A DNA stretch of 62,984 nucleotides, the filler included, from Octopus bimaculoides (lineage: Eukaryota): the NCBI RefSeq assembly GCF_001194135.2. It is 5 parts of 5 records of this genome, joined end to end, with 100 filler letters (N's around TTAATTAATTAA, not from the genome) between each part and the next. Parts side by side here need not be neighbours in the genome. Positions count along the whole stretch, not along the records: positions 32,492 to 41,981 come from NC_068984.1; positions 42,082 to 61,231 come from NC_068992.1; 3 more parts are not named here. One strand, written 5' to 3'. Under the pieces are notes generated by a model. The model made no database searches. It saw only the letters and a program-made list of their open reading frames with translations, and had not been told where the DNA came from. Positions 36,588 to 48,622 of the stretch are shown piece after piece. Numbering within the stretch: position 1 is the stretch's first letter; each line of letters starts with the position of its first letter. The position numbers and the translations under genes were made by a program.

Positions 36588-37395
36588 CCCCTTACACAAC
36601 AAAATTTGTCCCAATACACGAATTCTCAAAGAATCTTGCAAACCAGACACAAAACGAAGTATCTAAAGATAAAGATTGGAAATAAAGATAGCCAGAATGA
36701 TGACCTGAAAACAGAAACAAACCCTATTATATAACAGGTATTTTAGGAATGATAAAAAAAAAACGCAGGCAAATGTTTAAACAAAACACCAGAAATTATG
36801 AATATATATGTATAACATGCAGAATATCGTACGGCTAGACACCATGCAAATCTTACATAGGTTACATACGTTAGAGTAAAAATAGCAACACTGAAGTAAA
36901 CCAGAGCACAGACCCCAAGGTGCACAGAGGTGCACTCAGTACTGCAGTAACAGCAGGCAAAAACAAAAAGAAAAGAAAGGAATAATAATAGCGCAGTTGT
37001 GCATGTCCTTTGATGGCTGACGATATGTGCATCTGTGACCACGAGCAGAAATAGTGGGGAAGCAGTATGACCATGTATGGAGGGGGGGGGTCTTAGGCGT
37101 TTGGATAAGTCACCTCTGGAAACATGGGTGTTTCGTTCGTCATCCTTAAACTTTATTCAGGAACCTTTTTGAAGGGGATGGGCTACTCGGCCTGGAGAAA
37201 GTTCAAACTGGGTCCCCACGAGCAAGGTCATGCGCTGTTTTATCTTAATACGATGTCACCATGTCGTGCACATATGGTTGTGATGCATGTGCCTGGTGTA
37301 CCCTTATCAGACGGGAAGTCATGATGGGTATGCTGGGTTTCGTATATTTGTACCCCAGTCTCACTTTGATGGCGTGTGCTGCTCTCTCACTCACT

Positions 37396-37437
<42 letters not shown>

Positions 37438-37570
37438 AAATAAATAAATAATGATAATAATGGAAAGGATAATAATGGTTTCAAATGGACCCCAGTATTT
37501 GACTGGTACTTAATTTGTCGAACCTGAAAGGATGAAAGACTAAGTCGACCTCGGCGAAATTTGAACTGAA

Positions 37571-37613
<43 letters not shown>

Positions 37614-37623
37614 NNNNNNNNNN

Positions 37624-37659
<36 letters not shown>

Positions 37660-38224
37660 TACAATAACAACAAAAAACAACAATAATAACTGTAACAACA
37701 AAATAACAACAACGAAGATGACGACGATGATGACGATGTGGAGGAGGAAGAGGAGGAGGGAGACGAGCAGGGGGAGGCGGTAAAAGATTGAGGGAAAGTA
37801 AGGCGGAGAAAGAGATGGGCAACAGAAGGGTGTGTAACGGTGAGTTTCTTTTTTACAGCGGAGGAGGGGGGTGAATGATAATACTAATAATAATAATAAT
37901 AATAATAATAACAATAAGAATAAGAATAAGAATAAGAATACATAGAAGGCAAACGTACTGCAGAGGCAAGAACAACAACAACAGACATGAATTGCATTCG
38001 TTGTGAATAAACGTTGTATGGAAAGATGAAAAAAGTATAGATTATACATACATTCAAGTCTGGAGTATAAAGAGAAGCAGTGGAATAAATAGGAAATACT
38101 TCATTGCTGTGCATATATATATATNNNNNNNNNNNNNNNNNNNNNNNNNNNNNNNNNNNNNNNNNNNNNNNNNNNNNNNNNNNNNNNNNNNNNNNNNNNN
38201 NNNNNNNNNNNNNNNNNNNNNNNN

Positions 38225-38263
<39 letters not shown>

Positions 38264-38489
38264 AACAGATAGATTGGTAGATAGATATGTATGCGTATTA
38301 GTGTGTGTGTACGTATGTATGTAGATACGTACATACATATATACATACATACATACATGTGCGTAATTATGTAGGTGTGTGTATGTATTTATATTATGTA
38401 TATAAACACACACATACGCACACGTTTACATTTATTTGTAGATATGCATGCAAACTTACACGTACATATCATATATATATCTATATATC

Positions 38490-38539
<50 letters not shown>

Positions 38540-38730
38540 CATGTATGTACATACAAGGATGCGCTTTTTGCGCACAATCACATACACATGCACAAACCCA
38601 TATACAGAATATAAGTAATACAAAAATACATATACATACTTATCGATAATTTGTTATATATCAAGAGATATATTTACTTTGTATAGAGAAAGTTCCAGCG
38701 TGTAGAAAAGTAGGGAAAGTTTACACAAAC

Positions 38731-38925
38731 CTGAGCAAGGAGACGCCAGCGCAGCAAGACTAAAAAAACATGTTGTAGTCTTGTCAAGCGACAATGTAAT
38801 GGATTAGCCAATCAGAGCGTTACACTACTGTGAGACAGCATTTCATTGGATGCATGCAACATACCATGTGACTAAACATCAAAACTAAATGCTCTCCAAA
38901 TGACGACTGATTAGCCAATAGCTAT
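38731..38925 (-). promoter_or_regulatory. Candidate CCAAT-box (NF-Y) promoter with a short first exon
   Basis: tagccaatcaga (38805-38816), attgg (38845-38849) and tagccaatag (38912-38921); a GC-richer stretch and a CAG|GTTTGT donor at 38731/38730 on the minus strand. Confidence 0.35.
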
Positions 38926-39331
38926 GACTAGATTCATACATACATGCGTACATACAAACATACATACAGTATGTGTGTGTTTGTGTGTATATATGTATGC
39001 GTAGTCCTTTATATACATATATTTGTATGGTTGTATACATTTATGCATCTATGAATGCATGTATTTACGGTACTCACACACACGCACACACACACACACA
39101 TATATATACATATATATGTACATATATATATACATATATATATATGCATACATTTATACTGTATGGTTATATACAGAATTCATTCTTTTCGTTTATTTCA
39201 CATAGACGTTGGTCATAGCTCCCAGTTCCTAATTAGTTGCAGAGCACCACTGGTTCATACGTGGTTACGTACCATAGATATATATATACTTACATGCATG
39301 CATAAATACATACAAACATATAAATGCGCGC

Positions 39332-39376
<45 letters not shown>

Positions 39377-39934
39377 AATATGTGTAGATAGGTAGATTTA
39401 TATGTGTATATTAATATACACATATAAATCTACCTATGTGTTTCTGTATATGTATATCTATATCATCTATCTATATATATAAATATATATATATATATTT
39501 AGTTTAATATTGGTTTACTTTCTTTTCATTGTTATTGTTTTGTTTTTATTTTTCCACCCCTCCCTTCCTTTTCACTCTCCCCTTATTCTCTCTCTCCTCC
39601 CTCTCTTTGTCCCTCCCTTTCTCTATCTTTTCCTCTCTCTTCTCCACCTGCCCCTCTCTCTGTTCCCCTGTAAATCTCCTATTTACAATTTTTCCCATTA
39701 TTTCCATTTCGTTTCTAACGCCCGTCTGTCTGTTTGGCAGTCCTAGGATCTATTACGGTTCTTCTGGAGTACATTATGATAAAAACCGTTTTAGGGGCTG
39801 GAGACCAGTCGATTACGTCCACCTCAGTACTCAACTGGTACTTATTTTATCGACCCCGAAATGATTAAAGACAGAGTTCCCCTCGGCGGAATTTCAAATC
39901 AGAACGTCAAGTCAGAAATGCTGCAATAATAATG

Positions 39935-39983
<49 letters not shown>

Positions 39984-40109
39984 TAATGATTTCATATTTT
40001 GTTACAATGCCTACAATGTCAGCGGAGGGAGTATGTCAGTTTTATCAACCCCAGTGCTCAACTGCTACTTATGCTATCTCGAATAACAACAACAACAACA
40101 ACAATAATA

Positions 40110-40520
40110 ATAATAGAATAGGAAGCCAGACATAGTGTTGATTGAGAAAGAAAGTAAACTATGCTGGATCATAGACATAGCGTGCCCAGCTGACAACAAG
40201 GTATGCGATAAGGAAGAAAGAAAAGTCGATAGATATGACAGGTTAGCTTGGGAAGTTAAGCAGTTGTGGTCGATAAAAAAGGTAGCAGTAGTACCAAAAA
40301 TTGTCGGAGCCCTGGGAACAGTGAGCAAAAGTATCGAGAAGTACGTGGAACAAATAGGGGTTGCAATAAGGATGGAGCATTTGCAGAAAACAACACTGAT
40401 TGGAACCGCTGGAATACTTCGGAAGGTGCTCGAAAAATAAGAGGTGTTACCTTAGTTCACTGGTAGTGAACAGCTGAAACTGTAGTACATCTCCAGCGTT
40501 AGAAGCTGTTCAAAGGCGAT
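40110..40520 (+). mobile_element. R4/Dong-clade LINE 3' end embedded in (AAT)n
   Basis: NRKPDIVLIEKESKLCWIIDIACPAD...KVDRYDRLAWEVKQLW...IVGALGTV...LQKTTLIGTAGILRKVLEK*, with (AAT)n on both sides. Confidence 0.87.
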
Positions 40521-40529
40521 GACAATAAC

Positions 40530-40599
<70 letters not shown>

Positions 40600-41026
40600 N
40601 NNNNNNNNNNNNNNNNNNNNNNNNNNNNNNNNNNNNNNNNNNNNNNNNNNNNNNNNNNNNNNNNNNNNNNNNNNNNNNNNNNNNNNNNNNNNNNNNNNNN
40701 NNNNNNNNNNNNNNNNNNNNNNNNNNNNNNNNNNNNNNNNNNNNNNNNNNNNNNNNNNNNNNNNNNNNNNNNNNNNNNNNNNNNNNNNNNNNNNNNNNNN
40801 NNNNNNNNNNNNNNNNNNNNNNNNNNNNNNNNNNNNNNNNNNNNNNNNNNNNNNNNNNNNNNNNNNNNNNNNNNNNNNNNNNNNNNNNNNNNNNNNNNNN
40901 NNNNNNNNNNNNNNNNNNNNNNNNNNNNNNNNNNNNNNNNNNNNNNNNNNNNNNNNNNNNNNNNNNNNNNNNNNNNNNNNNNNNATAATAATAATAATAA
41001 TGATAATAATAATAATAATAATGATG

Positions 41027-41079
<53 letters not shown>

Positions 41080-41619
41080 AATGATGGTGATTTCTTTTAT
41101 TGTTATCGAAGATAAGATATTTCATAACGAAAAACATTTCGGGTTGAATTGATCAGAGATCTCAAGTAAAAGGTAAAGGTTACCTTCTCGAATCATGCCG
41201 ACTTATAAGGGCCGGTTTCCCGGTTTCAGTGGTGTATATATTCCCCACCTGGGATAGGACCCCAGTCCGTCGCAGGATTACTCATTCCTGCCACCTGAGT
41301 GGACTGGCACAACGTGAAATGAAGTGTTTTGCTCAAGAACACAACGAGTCGCCCGGTCCAGGAATCGAAACCACAATCTTGCGATCATGATGCTGACACC
41401 CCAAACCACTAAGCCATGCGCTTCCACGATCTAAAATTACATACTACACGAATTATAACTTTAGATTTATACCAGTAATTATTTGGGAAAAAATTTGGAT
41501 ATGCCTCAGCAGCACTCTTGAAAAGATAGAATTCATAAAACTAGAAATAAAATGGTTAATTAGGAAACTCTAATTAAAGTTTGTAAACTAAGGCCTGAAC
41601 TATATACACACAGTATATA

Positions 41620-41981
41620 GGAATAGACGGGGATGCAAATGCCTCAAAGACCTGCTCAGACGCTTTCAACTGTCTGACAGGTACCGACTCGACCACCCGA
41701 ATGCGCCAATGTGGACATGGACAAACCGCATCGGGTCGTCGAGATCGTATCTAGATAGAATACTGTGTAGGAGAGTAGATAGAGATAGCATAGGGTGTCC
41801 ACAATTTCACATAGTCAGCTACACGGATCACAAACTTGTGACGTGTACGCTAGACTTAGATAAGACACATAGGCAGGGCCCCGGTTACTGGAAACTAAAC
41901 GCGTCTTTCCCGTCGAGACAGGTTTTCAGAGACCGGATTAGCACGTTAGTAAAGAGGGCTTTGACGGGAGCCATCATCAAT
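41620..41981 (+). mobile_element. Tx1/L1-clade LINE apurinic endonuclease fragment
   Basis: WTWTNRIGSSRSYLDRIL...YTDHKLV...GPGYWKLNAS (APE LDR/SDH motifs and the GxWKLN linker); runs into an assembly join. Confidence 0.85.
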
Positions 41982-42081
41982 NNNNNNNNNNNNNNNNNNN
42001 NNNNNNNNNNNNNNNNNNNNNNNNNTTAATTAATTAANNNNNNNNNNNNNNNNNNNNNNNNNNNNNNNNNNNNNNNNNNNN
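41982..42081. other. Artificial scaffold join N44-TTAATTAATTAA-N44
   Basis: Same structure. Unrelated LINE fragments (Tx1 and RTE) run into it from each side. Confidence 0.9.
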
Positions 42082-42460
42082 CAAATCTGGTCGGTGGCTT
42101 TCAACAGGTTGTCCCGCAGAAATCTCCAATTGTCTTCCACGTTGTATGATGCTATATCCCCTTCTATTTCGTTAAATGCTTCAAGTAACTTGTCTCTAAG
42201 TCTCTGTCCATTTGCAGGGTCTTTAAGCTTCCACACCCTTCTCCTCCAAGCCGGTCTAATTCTGGGCACCCATTCTGCCTTGATCCCAAAGTCGCTAACT
42301 ACTAATCTATGTTGTGGGGTACATTCTTCGCCAGACAAGGTTTTGGTATTTATAAGCCGCCCTCTTTCCGTATTTCTGGCGAGGATGTAGTCGATTTGGC
42401 TAGAGTGTCTGCCGGAGCGGTAGGTGACTAGGTGACTGGCAGGTTTCCTGAAGTTGGTAT
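42082..42460 (-). mobile_element. RTE-clade LINE apurinic endonuclease fragment
   Basis: TNFRKPASHLVTYRSG..SQIDYIL...EECTPQHRLVV...WKLKD. Confidence 0.85.
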
Positions 42461-43798
42461 ATACATACATACATATTTACATACATATATATACATATAT
42501 ATATATATATATGTATATACATGTATGTAAATCTATATGTAGTCGTATACATGTGTGTCTGTCTGTGTTTGTACTCCCCCCACCATCGCTTGACAACGGA
42601 TGTTGCTGTGTTTACGTCCCCATAACTTAGCCGTTTTGCAAAACACTCCGATAGAATAAGTACCAGGTTTACAAAGAATAAATCCTGGGGTCGATTTCTT
42701 TGACTAAAGGCTGTGCTCCAGCATGTCCGCAGTCACATGACCGAAACAAGTAAAACAATAAAAAACTATGCCATTTTAATCCCAAGCAATGCTGGGTATC
42801 TCTGTTAGTTACTCCCTAAAGATTAATTATCATTCTTAATGAATTGGGCTGTTATTTTTAGTTGACTGAGACCTGATTCTAAATGAACTTGAAGATCACA
42901 TCAATCCATCCATAAATAATAGGAAGAACCTGGTAGCAGCAGAGGAAAGAATCATACTGCTACCATTAATAATATAGGAAGGAATCCTATTTTTATCTTT
43001 AACCCTTTAGCATTCAGATTATTCAGTCAGATGTAATCCTCATTTATTCATATTGCTTTGAATTTATCATGCATCATCTCATAGGTTTGAGATTTTGATG
43101 GTGTGTTTGCATATTTTTAGAATGACATTGCAGGGTAGATGTGAAAGGCTGGAACTGGCCAGATATGGTTGGTTTAAATGCTAGAAGGTGAATAGTACTA
43201 CTCACTGCATTCCTCACCATTCATCTGCCACTCACAAACTTGAGGGTGCACCCTGATATATTCCCACTACCATTGTCTCTCTTTTTCAAACTGGGGTAAC
43301 CCTGTGCCTTCCTTCCATAAGACACCTGGACCTGTCTCTCTATTATACTTTAACCACTCATCACCCGGAACAAGACCGCTTCCCTCAATACACTTCACCT
43401 CCATTAAGGGGGTCTTGTCTTACAAGTTATTCATTGGCCTCACTGGTGCTGGTGCTACTCTGTAAAATGGTTAGCATTGAGATAGACAGACAGCCATAGA
43501 AACCACACCAAAGCAGACAACTCATGCCAGCATGCAAAACAAACATTAATGCATTCATGCCGATTGTCCATTTAAACTGACATTTAATTTATAAGGGTGT
43601 AAAACAAATACTTGATACAAATTGTGATTTGTATATGATCTGTATGAAAGAATGAAACATGTTCTTAACGCGTATGCAGTCTGTTTGAACAAATGCTTGA
43701 TCCATAACTTGTAACAACCACAGTTGTGCAACATGGTGAGTACAAGCTGCATGCGCAATTTCATTCACTAGAAAAATTTCGGCACGATTGGGTTAAAT

Positions 43799-44042
43799 CA
43801 GTGCTTCTCAACCATTTTTTTTGCCTACGGACCCTTTTGATTTTACTCTTCTGCACCCCCAGGTTAAAATAAGATTGTATTACATGTTTACAAGTAAATG
43901 TTATCAGGAATTGTATCAAAAAATTATTAAAATATTTTGTGTCTTGTAGAAGTATGAGCAATTTATTGCTCATAAACTTTAACAAGATCTAATATAGAAA
44001 GCCTCCCCACCACTGGGTCATGTGGACCCTGGTTGAGAACTG
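43799..44042. mobile_element. hAT-type MITE
   Basis: Termini cagtgcttctcaacc and ggttgagaactg; no clear 8-bp target duplication. Confidence 0.55.
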
Positions 44043-44473
44043 TTACATTAAATGATGATGATGATGATAGAATCCTACTACTATCTACAATAGTACAGGA
44101 AGGAATGATATGGCGGTTTGTGATAAGCACTGATGCTTGTTCAAACTGTTGCTTGATTAGCCAAAGCTTATCAAGAACCAAATAATAAGAAATGTATTTT
44201 CCTGATATAATTCCTATTTTGACTATTTCAATATTGTAAAGAAGACATCATCATCATCATCATTATTTAATGTCTCTTTTCCATACTGGCATGGGTTGGA
44301 TGGTTTGACAGGAGCTGGCTAGGCAGAAGACTGCACCAAGTTTCACTGCCTGTTTGGCAGGGTTTTCACAGCTGGAGGCCTTCCTATCATCAACCACCTT
44401 ACAGAGTAGACATGGCCAATGCTACAAATGAATTACTTTTAGATCTTATTGAATATCTTTTTACTTCCAGAAA

Positions 44474-44581
44474 ATGGCTCTGAAAGGATTAACAGTTTTG
44501 GAGTTTGCTGGCTTGGCACCAGCTCCATTCTGTGGAATGATTATGGCAGATTTTGGAGCCAGAGTGATTAGAATAGACCGT
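44474..44581 (+). CDS. AMACR: Alpha-methylacyl-CoA racemase (CoA-transferase family III), first coding exon
   Basis: ATG at 44474, donor CGT|GTGAGT; 108 nt. Encodes [36 protein letters not shown]. Confidence 0.93.
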
Positions 44582-45069
44582 GTGAGTAAATTTATTTTCT
44601 AGTTTTTCTTTATTTTTTTTATTAACTTTTTTTTGTACGCTTTTAATTGTCTTTGTATCCATTTGGGTTTGCACATGGTTGATAAAAGCCAGAAAACTTG
44701 AGTGGTGTGGTGAGGAAGGGGACAATTACAAATTGAATTGAACTCAATCTGTGCCTGAGAGGAAAGTCAAACTTGATCCTGGAGGCGTTAGAACTCATAA
44801 TACAGAGAACTAGAACATCATAAAACATTTTTCCTGGTGACTCTAACAATTGTGCCAACCCACCATTCATCTTCATCATCATCAAACATCTGTTGTCCAT
44901 GCTAGCATGGGTTGGACGGTTTGACCAGGGCTGGTAAGCTGAGGAGCTGCACCAGACTCCAGTCTTATTTGGCATGGATTCTATGGCTAATAATAAAAAT
45001 TATGATGACAGTAGTAGTAGTAGTAGTAGTAGTAGTGCAGCAGCAGCAGCAGCAGCAGTAGTAGTAATA

Positions 45070-45289
45070 ATAATTACTTCTACTCTAGGCACAAGGCCTT
45101 GAAAATTTGGGGGGAAGGGGGCTAGTTGATTATATTGACCCCAGTGCATAACTAGTACTTATTTCATTGACCCTGAAAGGATGAAAGGCAAAGTCAACCT
45201 CAGCAAAATTTTAACTCAGAATGTAGTGGCAGATGAAATACCGCTAAGCATTTCCCCCGGTGTGCTAACGATTCTGCTAATTCACCACC

Positions 45290-45330
<41 letters not shown>

Positions 45331-45890
45331 TATTATTATAATTATAATAATGGTTTCAAATTTTGCCACAAGGGCATCAATCTTGAGGGAAGAGATAATA
45401 ATAATAATAATAATAACCCTTTTTACGAAAGGCACAGGGCCTGAAATTTTGGGAGAGGGGCTAGTCGATTACATCGACCCCAGTGTTTCACTGGTACTTA
45501 ATTTATCAACCCTGAAAGGATGAAAGGCAAAGACGACTTTGGCGGAATTTGAACTCAGAACATAGCAACGGGTGAAAAACTGCTAAGCATTTCGTCCAGT
45601 TTGCTAACAATTCTGCCAGCTCATTGCCTTAATAATAATAATAATCATAATCATAATAATAATAATAATAATAATTTCAAATTTTGCCACAAGGGTAGCA
45701 ATTTTAGGGGAGGGGATGAGTCAATTACATCGACTCCAGTGTTTACCTGGTACTTATTTTATTGACTCCAAAAGGATGAAAGGCAAAGTTGACCTCGGTG
45801 TAATTTGAACTCAGAATGTAGTGACGGGTGAAATACTGCTAAGCATTTCGTCCAGCGTGCTAACAATTCTGCCAGTTCACCACCTTAATG
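45070..45890 (-). mobile_element. Three co-oriented tRNA-derived SINE copies separated by (AAT)n
   Basis: Copies at about 45070-45295, 45420-45630 and 45675-45890 share ...gaaaggatgaaaggcaaagtcgacctcggc..atttgaactcagaa...tgctaacgattctgccag. Confidence 0.82.
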
Positions 45891-46323
45891 GTAGTAATAA
45901 TAATAATAAAAATGATAATAATAATAATAGTAATAATAATAAATGCCCTGATGCGGTATCAGGCAGTGGCTCTCATGGTTTCTGTTCTTAACTGATTGGA
46001 AGTGTTATCACGTACATGTTTTGTCTTGGCATAAAAGAATGGGCTACAGCAAATATTCTGCTCAATACCACAGATTTACATGTCAGTTCATTGACCTTAA
46101 CCAGTTGAGCATGTCCCTTATTGGCTGACGATATGTGCATCTCTGATCACGACAGAAGTAGTGTGGGGAGCATCATAGCCATGTGTTGAAAAGAATTCTT
46201 TGGGGTTTGGATAATTCACCTCTGAAAACGTGGGTGTTTTGTTCAACATCCTTAAACAGCCCTTATTCAGGGACCTTTTGAGTAGGATGGACAACTTAAT
46301 CTGAAGAAAATTTTAACTGGGCC

Positions 46324-46362
<39 letters not shown>

Positions 46363-46364
<2 letters not shown>

Positions 46365-47940
46365 CTAAAAGGATCTGGAAATAGAGGTAACTCGAATGTG
46401 GAGCCTAAAAATAGAGACATTTCTTATCATAGTATGCACATTGGGTATGATAAAAATATATTCAAACAAATGCATAACAAAAATACCAGGACTAACAAGT
46501 ATATATTAGGTTGGCAACTAAGTTCCCACCGTTTTTTAAAATTAAAATTTTTTAAAAGGTTTAATAAAATATAACTAATTAAACAATAATGTATTCACCC
46601 TTGTTGTTTACAACTTCTTCCCAACGTTCAACAAGATTTTCAATGCCTTGTTGGTAGAAATCACCTGATTCCAATCGAAAAATTGATCCAGTCAAACTCT
46701 CAATTCTGCATCAGTATTGAACGAAACTCCATGCATAGCATTTGAAAGAGATCAAAAGAGGTGGAAATCCATTGGCGTCAAATCAGGAGAGTACAGCAGG
46801 TGTGGCAGCACTTCCCAGCCATGCATTTTAATGGCTTCCTTGGTCATATTGGTGATATAAGGGCAGGTATTGTCATGCAGTAGAAAAACTCCATGCTGCA
46901 GATTAGGTCTTTTCTCTTGAATAGCAGTGTTGAGTTGTTCCATCTGTTGAACATAGAGTTCCGCGTTGACCGTTTGGTTCCGTTCAAGCAATTCGTAATG
47001 GATAATCCCTTCCCAGTCCCTCCACATGCACAACATCATTTTATGCGGATGAAGATCTTGTTTCACGTGTGATGTTGCTTGTTTATTGGGGCTAAGCCAT
47101 TCCTTACGCTGTTTCATATTGATGTACAGGCACCATTTTTCGTTGCCAGTAATGATCCGGTACAGAAATCGTTGCTTGTGTCCATGAGTTGAGCGGTGAC
47201 AAGCAAGCAAACCAGTGGAGATTGTGGCTCGTTGATTTTTGTTGTTGTCACTTAAATCATGCAGAACCCATGCTCCATACTTCTGAACCTTTCCCATCAA
47301 GTGAAGATGCTTCTCTATAGCAGTATGGGAGCATTCCATTTTCTCTGCCAGTTCCCTTGTCGTTTGAAGAGAATTTTCATGCAAAAGTTGGTTTAATCAC
47401 TCTTCATCGAACTCAACTGGACAGCCAGAAAGAGGTGAGTCTTTGAGGTCAAAATTTCCATTTTTGAACTTGGCATACCAATCACGAGTGGTTCTTTCAG
47501 CCATGGCACCCTCTCCATACACAGCACAAATGCAGTGAGCAACTTTTGTGGCCTGAGAACCTTGATTAAAAGCAAAAAGAAGGAGGTGTTGAAAATGCTC
47601 GTTTTTCTTAACTTGACATCCCATTTTAATGATCTGAAAATAAACAAAAATTAACTAAAATTAACTAGAAAAAAATCAAAATAGATTCCAAAATGATTCA
47701 AAAATAGAATTCTTGCAAAAAAATAGATTCCAAAATTTAAAAAAAACGGCGGGAACTTACTTGCCAACCCAATATAACATACAGAAAATAGCACTACTAG
47801 GCACTGTGCACATCCTACGTAAAACACTTTCAATACAGTAACAATAAGAGCATCGCAACACACCTCAGCACATATCCAAGGCACACAAAGCTGTGCTCAG
47901 TAATGCAGTGAAAGCATGTGATAAAAATATGACTACTGAT
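46363..47940 (+). mobile_element. R4/Dong LINE 3' fragment split by a mariner insertion
   Basis: 46369-46505 reads KDLEIEVTRMWSLK...PGLTSIY and 47775 onward reads NIQKIALLGTVHILRKTLSIQ*. The frame is restored when the mariner and one TA are removed. (AAT)n lies on both outer flanks. Confidence 0.85.
46506..47772 (-). mobile_element. Full-length (1267 bp) decayed mariner (DD34D-type) transposon in AMACR intron 1
   Basis: TIRs ttaggttggcaactaagttcccaccgttttt and aaaaacggcgggaacttacttgccaacccaa, TA duplication. Frameshifted transposase with ITGNEKW (first D changed to N), LHDN and YSPDLTPMDFHLF. Confidence 0.92.
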
Positions 47941-48483
47941 ATAATAATAATAATAATGGTAGTAGTAGTCATTTATTGTCAGTTTTTATTGACATAAAAG
48001 TGCTGAAGTATGATAAAGAGACAGATGTACAAAAATATGCAATGTATGCACAATATGATAAACATGATCAACGTCAGACTGAGCCCATCATCATCATCAA
48101 CCTTTGAAGATTACTGTCCTGAGTTCTGGAACTCACAGGGCCAGCTACCTGATATGAAGCCAGTTACCTGATTACCATGTGACTGCGATCGCAGCATTTT
48201 CCTCGAAGAGGATGCCAGGTTGTCAAATGTTATTCATTTATGGCTGAGTGGACTTGGAGCAACGTAAAATGAAATGTTTTGCTACCACAACCTTGTGATG
48301 ATGAGTGCAACCCTCTAATCACTAGGCTATGTGACTTCACTGGACAAAGATCTGGGATCATTAAAATCAACTTCCATCCATTGAGAAAGATGCTCCTGTA
48401 TGGCTACAGGTCAGTGAGTGCAACTAATGCAAGAAATATAAGATGTTTCTGTATTTATGAGTGATTTCCATCATCTGTTGCAG

Positions 48484-48622
48484 CCTCAACCTCAGTATTC
48501 AAATGATATGTTGGGTCGTGGCAAAGAATCAATATGTGTTGACATCAAGAAACCCAGTGGAACGCAAATAATCAAAAGATTGTGTCAGATGTCTGATGTC
48601 CTCATTGAACCTTTCCGAACAG
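48484..48622 (+). CDS. AMACR: AMACR coding exon 2
   Basis: Acceptor catctgttgcag, donor G|GTAGAG; 139 nt, phase 0 to 1. Encodes PQPQYSNDMLGRGKESICVDIKKPSGTQIIKRLCQMSDVLIEPFRT. Confidence 0.92.

Noticed and set aside
43745-43760. NRF1-like tgcatgcgca motif as the AMACR promoter (similar motifs at 8911 and 27028)
   Set aside because: A single short motif, which also occurs inside a transposon copy; not enough evidence.
18479-44473. Head-to-head anoctamin/AMACR pair sharing a bidirectional promoter
   Set aside because: Three artificial joins lie between the genes and the anoctamin 5' end is not visible, so adjacency cannot be supported.
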